From a virus (lineage: Duplodnaviria; Caudoviricetes): 53,025 nucleotides of DNA. Location: positions 1-53,025 of the IMG/VR virus record IMGVR_UViG_3300029787_000071, one strand, 5' to 3'. Shown piece after piece: positions 1 to 8,363 of this stretch; the stretch's first letter is position 1, and each line of letters opens with the position of its first letter. The notes under the pieces are model-generated. The model saw nothing but the letters and a program-made list of their open reading frames with translations, ran no database searches and had not been told where the DNA came from. The translations under genes were made by a program, and so were the position numbers.

Positions 1-206
1 TCTGTGTCGGCCCCAGTGCCAAAAGTAATAGCATTACTAAGAAGCTTTTCTATCGCCCCACCCTCTCCATCAGTCCCATCGTGTTGGTGACCTGACGTTG
101 TAAACGCACCATCAATTGCGTTAAATTCTGTAGTAAAGTCAGAAGCCTGAATAGTTTCTCCGTCTACAAAATTAGTGGGATCAGTTTTAGTATACCCTGT
201 ACCCAT
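1..206 (-). CDS. Tail fibre protein, N-terminal part (gene continues across the contig junction into 53025..50877)
   Basis: ATG at 206 overlaps the upstream TAA (TAATG). Reads MGTGYTKTDPTNFVDGETIQASDFTTEFNAIDGAFTTSGHQHDGTDGEGGAIEKLLSN and is in frame with the 655-aa ORF at the other end through the 78-bp overlap. Confidence 0.85.
   Translation of the reverse strand, partial: MGTGYTKTDPTNFVDGETIQASDFTTEFNAIDGAFTTSGHQHDGTDGEGGAIEKLLSNAITFGTGADT
55..132. repeat. 78-bp exact repeat of the contig end (circularisation/assembly overlap)
   Basis: GCCCCACCCTCTCC...AATTCTGTA is identical to 52948-53025. Confidence 0.95.
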
Positions 207-1735
207 TACATTCTACCTCCCGGTGTAAATTCTAGTGAAAACCCTTTTAGTGTGTATGTAGGGTTAGTGCTTGTATCTGAAAATTTTATAGCTATGGCAA
301 ACCCTGAACCCTCTACAGATTGTCTGTAAAGCGGTGTGTACACTGCAGCGTCATACTCTGCCGTTCCCATGATAGCACTGCCGTAGAATGCTGACCCAGA
401 GGGGTCTAGCAAGTCGTACAAAGCAGGGCTTGGCAATAGTATGTCTCCGTAGTCGTATTCAAGGTTCATGTCTACAGAAGACACTGTGCCTGTGCCGATA
501 TAGTTTATAACAACTCTTTGCATATTTTTACGTATGCCTACGTCACCCATATTGTAATCAATAGTTCTATAAATACAGGCAATGTTAGTGCTATCAAATG
601 TGCTACCAGATTCTTGTTTATACACGTAACCCCCGTCGAAGTCTCCGTGTAAAACTAATTCATCGTCCGATATATCACCATGTGTAGCAGACTTGGGCTT
701 TATACCTTTTAAATCTGCATACTCCCACCCAATCTGTCCCGTGTCAGTGCTTCTCTTCAGAACAGCCATTAGTCCCGTAGAGTTAGCCTCCGTGCCAGAG
801 GTAGTCGGATAGTATAGTCTATACTGGCTCTTACGTCTTATTACATGAGACGATACGTTAGAGAGTTGGTCTGCAGACAATTCGTTTAACCTTGACTGCA
901 CCTGTTTAGAAATTGTTCCAAGTTCTGTATCTCCAATCTTTTCAGTACCTGCAACAGTTCTTAGCCCATCAGGCGCAAGGTAGATAAGATCACCTCCTAT
1001 CTCTTGTATGCTAAATCGAGACAGACATCCTATGTTTCTGGTAACAGGTTGGAGAACAAAATCAGAAACGCTTGACCCTGCTAACCTAAAGATGCTGTCT
1101 TTACAGAAGATAACTAAAGTTTCTCTAAATCTAGCTAATCCGACAATTTCATCTCCTATAGATATCTGACCTGCACCTGATGCGGCACTAAAGTCGTTCT
1201 CGCTATATGGCGCACTAAACTGTAACAACTGTCTGTTGCTTGTCATGCCAGCAAAAAACAAATGGTTCTTATGTTCAATAACAACTTCAGGCGCTGTGGG
1301 TTTTGTGCCTGAACCTGAACCTGCACCTCCGGTCAACGCTGTGTAAGTGCTACCATCAAAAATAGCTGCGTCGTTGACTCCATCCGCCATCGCAATCTTT
1401 TCAGTGCCTGTCCAGTTATATACTGTAAAGGTGTACTGCTCTGCGCTAGTGCGATTAGTCACAAAGTTTGTCCATCCAGAGCCTGTGCTTGTTGCTACAT
1501 TTGCACCTCTCGCTGCAACAACTTTATCTTGGAATATAGCCACACCTAGTATGCCACCAGACCCTGACATCTGATTTTCATCAAACTTAGTAAACCCTAG
1601 TATTTTAGAGTATCCTCCTGTAACAGATGGCTCATAGTTTTGCAGAGTGACAGCCTCTCCCGGTTTTGCAACAAACACACTTTTGTCGAGGACAAGTCCA
1701 CCATCGCAGTTTACAGGAAAAGCTTGTATTGGCAT
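206..1735 (-). CDS. Tail nozzle / tail tubular protein B-like (P22 gp10-like stabilisation protein)
   Basis: 509 aa, beta-rich, contains IGCLSRFSIQEIGGDLIYLAPDGLR. Lies between the adaptor and the tail fibre, as in podoviruses. Confidence 0.7.
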   Translation of the reverse strand: MPIQAFPVNCDGGLVLDKSVFVAKPGEAVTLQNYEPSVTGGYSKILGFTKFDENQMSGSGGILGVAIFQDKVVAARGANVATSTGSGWTNFVTNRTSAEQYTFTVYNWTGTEKIAMADGVNDAAIFDGSTYTALTGGAGSGSGTKPTAPEVVIEHKNHLFFAGMTSNRQLLQFSAPYSENDFSAASGAGQISIGDEIVGLARFRETLVIFCKDSIFRLAGSSVSDFVLQPVTRNIGCLSRFSIQEIGGDLIYLAPDGLRTVAGTEKIGDTELGTISKQVQSRLNELSADQLSNVSSHVIRRKSQYRLYYPTTSGTEANSTGLMAVLKRSTDTGQIGWEYADLKGIKPKSATHGDISDDELVLHGDFDGGYVYKQESGSTFDSTNIACIYRTIDYNMGDVGIRKNMQRVVINYIGTGTVSSVDMNLEYDYGDILLPSPALYDLLDPSGSAFYGSAIMGTAEYDAAVYTPLYRQSVEGSGFAIAIKFSDTSTNPTYTLKGFSLEFTPGGRM

Positions 1736-3105
1736 TAAACGGCTCTCATGTAGTCTTTTTGATTTGTTAGCTCAGTACGCATTCTTCGCACACCGTTCTC
1801 ATAATCACGGAATGCAAACTGTGCTGCCTGATCGTTACCACGAAGTATATGCACAAAATATTTTACACGCGCTACGATTACATCATGATAGCGCGTTGGT
1901 ATCTTTGGTGTGTCTGTAAACACACTTAGTTCTGGAGACGAGTCATAAAAATCAAACTCGACATCATATTGTGTATTTTCAGGTATGGGTGTAACGCCAA
2001 AAGCGTTGTCATTTTTAACACGATATACGCACTGAGGAGTGGTAAACCCATCATCGGGTGAGTTAAGGGCTAAGAACTCATTCTCTCTGTATGACGTATG
2101 GTAGCGACCTCTACCTTCATGGTATTCATCAATTGATTTATACTCTAAGGTTTTTGCAGACGCATCATCTTCAAACATCTCAACAAAGTCTATGTCTAAG
2201 TTTGTTGATGCAGTGTTACTAAGACTAATAAAAGTTTGTTGTGTAGATGCAGTAAATGTAGCTGTTTTAATCTCGCCGTTACCCACATTGTCTATAGTAA
2301 ACGTGGTTGACAGATCAGAGTCCTTGTCACTGCTAGAACCTGCAAACACATTCAGTGTTTCTGACGTTGATGACATGGTGCCAGATGCAATCCTTGCAGT
2401 AATTCTATACACTCTGTTTTCAACGGTGGGCAGAGCTTGATCTACGCAACCAGCATTCAAACGCAAAACACCCGCCGCATAAGTTCTGCCACTTACAGAG
2501 TTGCTTAGTGCGGGGGTGCCAGATGTGCTTGTTCCTGCAGGGTCGGAGCTTCTGCTATCCCAATATGATCCTAAAGTAAAAGTTTTGTCAAAGTCTCCCT
2601 GCCTGATTAGGTTTTGAGGGCGCATGAAGAACGTATCGTAGTCAACATCAGTGCAAAAGGTTATATCTCCTGATGTAGCTGTAAATGTAGAAGATACGCC
2701 TGTAAGCGTTTCTGAAGATTGAAAGGTGCCTTCAATAGGTTCAACTAACATGAACTGTTCATCTGAATGACCGCCGTGCGGTGGCACTCTACGCAGAATA
2801 CCTTTTGCAGATGACGTTCCGCCCGTGATCATTTCATTAGGAGTAAACCCACCACCGACACTAGAAACTTCTATTTTTACAGGGTATGTGTACTTACCTC
2901 TGCCACCAAACAGTGTGTAACGTGCGCTAAGAAAGTTCCAAGGCCACTGTATGTATTCTGCCTCAATGTCTCGTATAGCTCTGTTTATATCTTTCTTAAC
3001 TGTCGTCTGTACACCCCGTGTTCCAGACAGACCAGCAGCAGTCTCTGCAATGGTAGTTTCGTTAAGATCAAACAGCACAGCGTTAATTAGTTCTACATAA
3101 TTCAT
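1735..3105 (-). CDS. Head-tail adaptor / tail tubular protein A-like, with inserted beta domains
   Basis: N-terminal MNYVELINAVL..INRAIRDI..WPW and C-terminal DTPKIPTRYHDVIV are typical of podovirus adaptors. The central insert enlarges it to 456 aa. Confidence 0.7.
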   Translation of the reverse strand: MNYVELINAVLFDLNETTIAETAAGLSGTRGVQTTVKKDINRAIRDIEAEYIQWPWNFLSARYTLFGGRGKYTYPVKIEVSSVGGGFTPNEMITGGTSSAKGILRRVPPHGGHSDEQFMLVEPIEGTFQSSETLTGVSSTFTATSGDITFCTDVDYDTFFMRPQNLIRQGDFDKTFTLGSYWDSRSSDPAGTSTSGTPALSNSVSGRTYAAGVLRLNAGCVDQALPTVENRVYRITARIASGTMSSTSETLNVFAGSSSDKDSDLSTTFTIDNVGNGEIKTATFTASTQQTFISLSNTASTNLDIDFVEMFEDDASAKTLEYKSIDEYHEGRGRYHTSYRENEFLALNSPDDGFTTPQCVYRVKNDNAFGVTPIPENTQYDVEFDFYDSSPELSVFTDTPKIPTRYHDVIVARVKYFVHILRGNDQAAQFAFRDYENGVRRMRTELTNQKDYMRAV

Positions 3106-3111
3106 GATTAT

Positions 3112-3468
3112 CTACGCCTGATTTGCTAAGAAGAGTTCGTCAATTGTTAACACCGCCTCTAGTCGATCAGCGGTCCCTGCAGTTAACTTAATAGCATCCC
3201 CTTCGTTAAGATTTAATTCTAACAGCAAAAGCAGGTGATCATTTGCTCCAATACTTTTACTGCCTAATAATTTAAAAGTTGCACTAGCACTCGCATCAGT
3301 AAACTCTAAAGTTACAGGTGTAGCGTTGCCTGAAGTTTCACAAATCTGTATAGTTTTTAAAACAGCATCATGACCTGAAGGCACTGTGTACACAGTCGTC
3401 TGACTTGTGCTGCTAAGAGCAACAGCAGCATTTCTAAGTCTTACGGCTCTTGATAGAGTTGAAGTCAC
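3112..3468 (-). CDS. Putative small virion protein
   Basis: 118 aa beta-rich protein with TTVYTVPSG..LNEGDAIK pattern, in the structural operon. Confidence 0.55.
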   Translation of the reverse strand: MTSTLSRAVRLRNAAVALSSTSQTTVYTVPSGHDAVLKTIQICETSGNATPVTLEFTDASASATFKLLGSKSIGANDHLLLLLELNLNEGDAIKLTAGTADRLEAVLTIDELFLANQA

Positions 3469-3788
3469 AAAGGCATTCCTTTGGGTTTATTTATAACAGG
3501 TTTAAAATTTGTGCCAATAGATGCTACACATTCTATTTCAGGATTTATATCGGACACGCCCATCATTGTGTAAGACCCAGTTTTTGGGTTTATGTATAAA
3601 GTAAAAGTAATCATGAATTGAGTATCTCTTAACGTAAATGCGGGATACTCTCCATGTTTTGCGGCTTGAGTTGAAATACTGCCAAGCGGAAAGCACATAT
3701 TGTTAAAGGTTTGCGCCTTTACAAAAGTGATGCCACAATACAAAACACCAACAACATACATTGAAAATAGAACTATTCGTAATCTCAT
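3465..3788 (-). CDS. Hypothetical protein with N-terminal hydrophobic/signal segment
   Basis: Probable ATG at 3788 coupled to the upstream stop; hydrophobic N-terminus. Confidence 0.55.
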   Translation of the reverse strand: MRLRIVLFSMYVVGVLYCGITFVKAQTFNNMCFPLGSISTQAAKHGEYPAFTLRDTQFMITFTLYINPKTGSYTMMGVSDINPEIECVASIGTNFKPVINKPKGMPL

Positions 3789-4423
3789 TACATACCCCAA
3801 GTTTTCTTTAAATACGTCTGAACCAGAGTTGATTTTGTAAACATATCTTTTTGAGCTTTCATTAGATACGCATTTACTTCATACATGTTTTGCAAAATAA
3901 AAGACTGCTCATATGACACGTTAGAAGACATCCATCCGATTATGTTCTGCCTAAACCCCTTAGTAACTTTCTCCACACCGTGCGGGTAGATGATAGGAAA
4001 GATCACAGCTTCACCTGCGTTTAGTTTCTTACCTATTCTTCCTACCGGCGTGGCTAAAGTAAATTCTCCCCCTTCGTAGTCATCCGTTAAATTTATGCTC
4101 CAGCCGTAGTCAAAAAATACATTGTTTGATTTTGGCTGCGCTTTGAAAGCGTCTACGTGCAAGTCGTAGTAATCGCCTTCAAGGTATTTGTTATAAAAAT
4201 TTACTGATACTCTGGTAGGACAATACACGCTGTCTATGTAGTGCGTATCGTACAGCTTATCCGTAATTAGCTTCCTTACCTCGTCTGGGACACTCTTAGA
4301 TTCTTTGTTACTTTTTATGTCCTCTAGATCAGGAGCAGTATCTTCCCCATTCTTAAACGTGTTCTGGTCAATCTTGTCCAGACAAAAATTTACTTCATCT
4401 TCAGTTAATAGCTTGATAAACAT
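3788..4423 (-). CDS. 2OG-Fe(II) oxygenase, PKHD-type hydroxylase-like
   Basis: HxD (LHVD), YEGGEF, distal His (YPHGVEKVTKG) and 2OG-binding Arg (FRQNIIGW). Confidence 0.88.
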   Translation of the reverse strand: MFIKLLTEDEVNFCLDKIDQNTFKNGEDTAPDLEDIKSNKESKSVPDEVRKLITDKLYDTHYIDSVYCPTRVSVNFYNKYLEGDYYDLHVDAFKAQPKSNNVFFDYGWSINLTDDYEGGEFTLATPVGRIGKKLNAGEAVIFPIIYPHGVEKVTKGFRQNIIGWMSSNVSYEQSFILQNMYEVNAYLMKAQKDMFTKSTLVQTYLKKTWGM

Positions 4424-4458
4424 ATATACCTCCGTCAGTTCACATCAAAGCAAGAAGG

Positions 4459-4483
4459 GTGGGGTTTTTAAAAGGAACCCCAC
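4459..4483 (-). terminator. Hairpin downstream of the capsid genes, probable intrinsic terminator/attenuator
   Basis: 8-bp stem GTGGGGTT/AACCCCAC followed on the minus strand by an imperfect pyrimidine tract. Confidence 0.5.
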
Positions 4484-4500
4484 AGAAACCTTTAGTACGA

Positions 4501-4980
4501 TTACGTACCCGACGACACCGTGGCCGCTTCCGTCAGCGGGTTGCGCGAAATGTCAACCATGCAAACGTGAATGCGGAAACGAGCAGCACTTTCACCCGTT
4601 GAGCCACCATCAAGGATGAGGGCGTCAATCGTGTCAGCACTGGTAAAGATACGTGCGTTGGAACCAGAAGCGCCAACGGCGGCTTCTAGGAATGGCGTAA
4701 AGCCAGCAGCAAGCACAGAACCGTCAACAAAACAGTCTACGTCACCACCAGTTACACCAACGTCCAGCGTGATCTGACCATTACCACGCGCTTCAAGAAC
4801 TTCAAGCGCACCAGCAACAATCATGGTATCCGCAGGAACATCGACCAACTGGACGACATCTCCACCCGTACCGCCATCAGCGGTATCGTGGACCTGCGAA
4901 GTGATCACATAAGGGGTAGGCATCCGTGAAGGATGACCAACGGTTCCACCGCCATTGATGGTACGATCAATAGTAGCCAT
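4501..4980 (-). CDS. Putative capsid decoration / minor capsid protein
   Basis: 159 aa beta-rich protein directly after the major capsid gene, with a strong RBS (GGGAGG). Confidence 0.6.
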   Translation of the reverse strand: MATIDRTINGGGTVGHPSRMPTPYVITSQVHDTADGGTGGDVVQLVDVPADTMIVAGALEVLEARGNGQITLDVGVTGGDVDCFVDGSVLAAGFTPFLEAAVGASGSNARIFTSADTIDALILDGGSTGESAARFRIHVCMVDISRNPLTEAATVSSGT

Positions 4981-4994
4981 GATTCATCCCTCCC

Positions 4995-5969
4995 TTAGCT
5001 GTAGTCTACAATGCCGAGAACAAGTGACTCAGGGCGCAGGACTTTACGTCCATACACATGAAGACCACGAACAACGTCTGCAAACGCATCGGGGTCACGA
5101 ATCACTTCAGTCTTAGCAATTGAGTTAGCGGTTGCACAAGCGGAAATGTGACCAGCAAGAACTACGTTCTCACCAGTTCCAACGCCTGAAACCGAAACCA
5201 TGTCCGTGGTAGTCGTAGCATCAGCCGACTGCCGCAGAGCATTGGATTTGTAAAGCGTGAAGCCCATAATCTTCTGGTTTGTTACCAGACCATTACGTAG
5301 CGGTGACGTATCATCGCCAGTAATCTGAACTTCAACGATCTTTGCACCTGCTTTGTACAGGTTCTCGTAGACACGGGGGGGTGCTACAAACCAACGGTTC
5401 TCTTCAGGAACGTCTTGCTCATCGAGCTTACGAGCCATGAGAGCCATTAGGTTTACAACGTCATCACCGGCATCAGAACCTGTAACAGTAACAGGAGTAC
5501 CAGAAGTACCAAGGTTGGAGTCCGTTTCAATCGAACCGGAAGCACCTTTGATACCCGCGCCATCAAGCATAGCTTGAAGCACGTTTTTGTCGTAGTTACG
5601 CTTCAAGGAGAAAGCACCTGAAGAGGTAGCCATCGCCTCAAAGTTAACGTGGGATTGCCGCTCTTCAATGTCATCGACTTTGAACGCGAACGCTTGAGCC
5701 TGATCTACTTCCAGAGTAATCTCATCGTCAGCCAAGTCCTGCGGAGTAACCACAGCACCACGAGTGTACGCTGAGATGGAGACAGTAGGTTCTTTAATGA
5801 TACGAACCGTGTCACCATAATTCTCAATCTCCCCGGCATAGTCAGTGTTTGTAATATCTTCAACAACTGACGCACGGCGGAAAAATTTAAGAACCTTCTG
5901 GCTATAGATTTCGGCTTGGAAATTACCGGACGGTAGATTACCGTATCCGGCGGATACACCAATAGCCAT
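4995..5969 (-). CDS. Major capsid protein
   Basis: 324 aa; EIYSQKVL, DYAGEI..GDTVRI, VPEENRWFV and FADVVRGLHVYGRKVLRPE are typical of this podovirus capsid family. Follows the scaffold gene. Confidence 0.92.
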   Translation of the reverse strand: MAIGVSAGYGNLPSGNFQAEIYSQKVLKFFRRASVVEDITNTDYAGEIENYGDTVRIIKEPTVSISAYTRGAVVTPQDLADDEITLEVDQAQAFAFKVDDIEERQSHVNFEAMATSSGAFSLKRNYDKNVLQAMLDGAGIKGASGSIETDSNLGTSGTPVTVTGSDAGDDVVNLMALMARKLDEQDVPEENRWFVAPPRVYENLYKAGAKIVEVQITGDDTSPLRNGLVTNQKIMGFTLYKSNALRQSADATTTTDMVSVSGVGTGENVVLAGHISACATANSIAKTEVIRDPDAFADVVRGLHVYGRKVLRPESLVLGIVDYS

Positions 5970-5992
5970 TTCCTTAACCTTTCTCTATAAGT

Positions 5993-6829
5993 TTAGCCAT
6001 TTACGATACGTCCCTCCGCATTTGCTAAGTCAAGCTCTGCTTCAAGCTTGGCAAACTCCTGCGGTTTGAGTTTACGTATCTCTGAGGTCGTCCATACTTT
6101 TTTATTAGCATCGCTATTAGTAGAGACGTTAACAGGGGTAGTCCTAGTAACAGCCTCTGCAGCAGCAGCTAACTGTTTTTTAGAGGGACGCCCTCTGGGT
6201 TTCTTTGTACTAGCAGTGTCTGCTTTGTACAAATCTAGAACGCGAGAAGCGTACTGAACATCGCTGTTATTTTTGGTAATACCATCCGCGATACTAGGTG
6301 GCTGCTTGCCCAACCATTCTTTAAACTGGTCTGACTTCTTGATATCAGAGAAGTCTGGGTGCAGGGCTAGTAGTTCTTGGTAAGCACTTTTAGCCTGTAG
6401 CTGCTCTTCTTTTTTAGAAAGACGCTCAATCTCTTGTTTAAGTTCTTGAACTTCTTTTGTAGCATTTTTAGAAGCTAAAGTTTCTACTACATTGTAAACG
6501 TCAGGATAGTTCTCTTTGAAAGATGCAATGTCTGCATCATCCTCATACTCTTCCTCCTGTTGAGGTTGAGCAGTAAGCGTTTCACGTTCCATCTTCCATT
6601 CATGGAGTTTGGAGTCGTAGTGCTTCTTGAGATCATCGTAGCGTTTCTTGTAGTCATGCTCTTCCGTCTTTACCTCTGTAGAAACGGAAATAGTTTCATC
6701 ATCCATAACCTCGTCTTCAGTTTCACCTTCTTCTAGGGTAGCCTCTTCGTTTGGGATATCGTCCTTGTAAACGTCTGCACGATAGCTGCCACGATAAGGG
6801 CCTAGAGTTTCCTGTTCTTGGGTAGTCAT
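5993..6829 (-). CDS. Capsid scaffolding protein
   Basis: Acidic coiled coil with DYKKRYDDLKKHYD and C-terminal LDLANAEGRI, directly upstream of the capsid gene; RBS AAGGAGG. Confidence 0.85.
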   Translation of the reverse strand: MTTQEQETLGPYRGSYRADVYKDDIPNEEATLEEGETEDEVMDDETISVSTEVKTEEHDYKKRYDDLKKHYDSKLHEWKMERETLTAQPQQEEEYEDDADIASFKENYPDVYNVVETLASKNATKEVQELKQEIERLSKKEEQLQAKSAYQELLALHPDFSDIKKSDQFKEWLGKQPPSIADGITKNNSDVQYASRVLDLYKADTASTKKPRGRPSKKQLAAAAEAVTRTTPVNVSTNSDANKKVWTTSEIRKLKPQEFAKLEAELDLANAEGRIVNG

Positions 6830-6840
6830 TTTTCCTCCTT

Positions 6841-6907
6841 GCGGGGCCTCAGTGGGGTAGCCGCAGTTGGGTTAGTCTAGCAGGGCCGCTAGTTAGCGGG
6901 TGGCTGC
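6841..6907 (-). promoter_or_regulatory. Tandem RNA stem-loop motif abutting the scaffold RBS
   Basis: Two copies of GCRG-CYAC-CC-loop-GG-CC-CYGC (6880-6907 and 6841-6864). Confidence 0.6.
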
Positions 6908-8361
6908 GTCTGTGTCCGCAATCTTGGATCTTGATCGGGACTTTCTGCCATAAAGCTTCTATTAACGCTTTCTGGCGAAACTCTAATATTGTCTGTCTGT
7001 GCTTCCTGCGCTGGGGGGGCTTCCTCTAACGCAAGGGGTGTTCTTCCTTCGGGTGGGCTGTTAGGGAGCCTTGGTCGAAGTTTGTAAAATATGTGTTCAA
7101 ACTTAGTCTTTGGAACTTTATCAAATGTTGTTTGCTCATACTGGTCGCTATTAGCAATATTATCTCTAAACCATGAACTAGTTGAAGTTTGAGGATTCCA
7201 GAAATAGGTAGAGCCATCTGTTAAATCTTTTAGTTTACCTTCCCTTGCAGATTTAACTAAATCTCTAGCAATCTTTAACTGTTTTTCATCTAATTTTTTA
7301 TTTTTTTGAGATTTAAAACCATTAAATTGCACGGGATTTAGATTATCTTCTAGCTTCGTAACCTTTTTTCCTTTGTCATCTCTAAAATTAGGATCGGCCA
7401 TTCTATTAAACATTACGTTCAATACTTTTTGCAGAGCCTCTTTACTTTTAAAAACTCCTGCTTCAGCAACTAAAGTTCTAGATATTTCTTCATCTCTATT
7501 TTTTAATTTTTTTTTACCCGGCGGGTATCCAGTTGCAGCCCTTACAGGAACTTCCTGCTTTTGCTGGGGCTGTTGCTCTTGCTCCTCTAGCTTCTTCTCT
7601 GTCTCTGCTTTGCCGCTATTATTTATCTTTTCAAGCAGGTCCGTGCCTATGACTTCGGCTAGCTCTGGCGGTATGTGATACTCTTTGTTTGAAGCAAGTA
7701 TCTTCTGATCTCCGTTTACCTGTTGTGCAGGTTTAGTGATAGCGGCCTTGTCTATCTCTATACCGTCTTTCTCTTTCAGGTATTCGATAGCAGGTTCAAT
7801 GATACGTTCTTCAAAGTCTTTTCTACCAACCTTTGCAAGAGCGGCTGCATTTATGATAAACGCGCCTTCTCTTACATTCATGGGTACATCATCAGCTACA
7901 CCTGTCTGATCTTCTGCACCCGGTTGATCAATCATACCTGCCACCTGATCACCCATTGCTAGCTGTTGCATCTGTTCTCGCATCGGGCTGGCTACAGGTA
8001 ATGATGGTACTTTTACAGGTGGTTGGTCTTCAGTGGCAGTAGCCTGTCCAACATTAGTCATAGGGTCAGAGAGATCAGGATCGGGATCGGGGTCAGGATC
8101 GGTGCGGTTTTCAAACTCCTGCATCTCTTGAATATTTCTTTCTCTTGGAGATAAACGCCCCATACCACCAGCTTCTTCTAAGTCATCAGGAGAATCCATC
8201 GGTCCTTGGTTTTCACCTGTAGACAGAGTAACACCTAAGCTCATGGCAAACGCTTGCAGCGCAGAAGGTTCGTTGTTTTCAATAATCTGTACAACCTGTG
8301 CCTGCGCCTCTTGCGACATCTGTTGCATCTTAGCTGTAAACTGGTCTTGTGTTATTTCCAT
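6889..8361 (-). CDS. Virion-associated protein with SleB-like cell-wall hydrolase (lytic transglycosylase) domain
   Basis: RTLVAEAG..VLNVMFNR..QFNG..DLTDGSTYFWNP..HIFY matches the Hydrolase_2/SleB pattern (about 7080-7500). An upstream ADDVP..EGAFIINAAA domain is also present. Confidence 0.75.
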   Translation of the reverse strand: MEITQDQFTAKMQQMSQEAQAQVVQIIENNEPSALQAFAMSLGVTLSTGENQGPMDSPDDLEEAGGMGRLSPRERNIQEMQEFENRTDPDPDPDPDLSDPMTNVGQATATEDQPPVKVPSLPVASPMREQMQQLAMGDQVAGMIDQPGAEDQTGVADDVPMNVREGAFIINAAALAKVGRKDFEERIIEPAIEYLKEKDGIEIDKAAITKPAQQVNGDQKILASNKEYHIPPELAEVIGTDLLEKINNSGKAETEKKLEEQEQQPQQKQEVPVRAATGYPPGKKKLKNRDEEISRTLVAEAGVFKSKEALQKVLNVMFNRMADPNFRDDKGKKVTKLEDNLNPVQFNGFKSQKNKKLDEKQLKIARDLVKSAREGKLKDLTDGSTYFWNPQTSTSSWFRDNIANSDQYEQTTFDKVPKTKFEHIFYKLRPRLPNSPPEGRTPLALEEAPPAQEAQTDNIRVSPESVNRSFMAESPDQDPRLRTQTQPPAN

Positions 8362-8363
8362 AA

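Noticed and set aside
8072-8102. DPDPDPDPD microrepeat
   Set aside because: An ordinary low-complexity linker in a disordered region.
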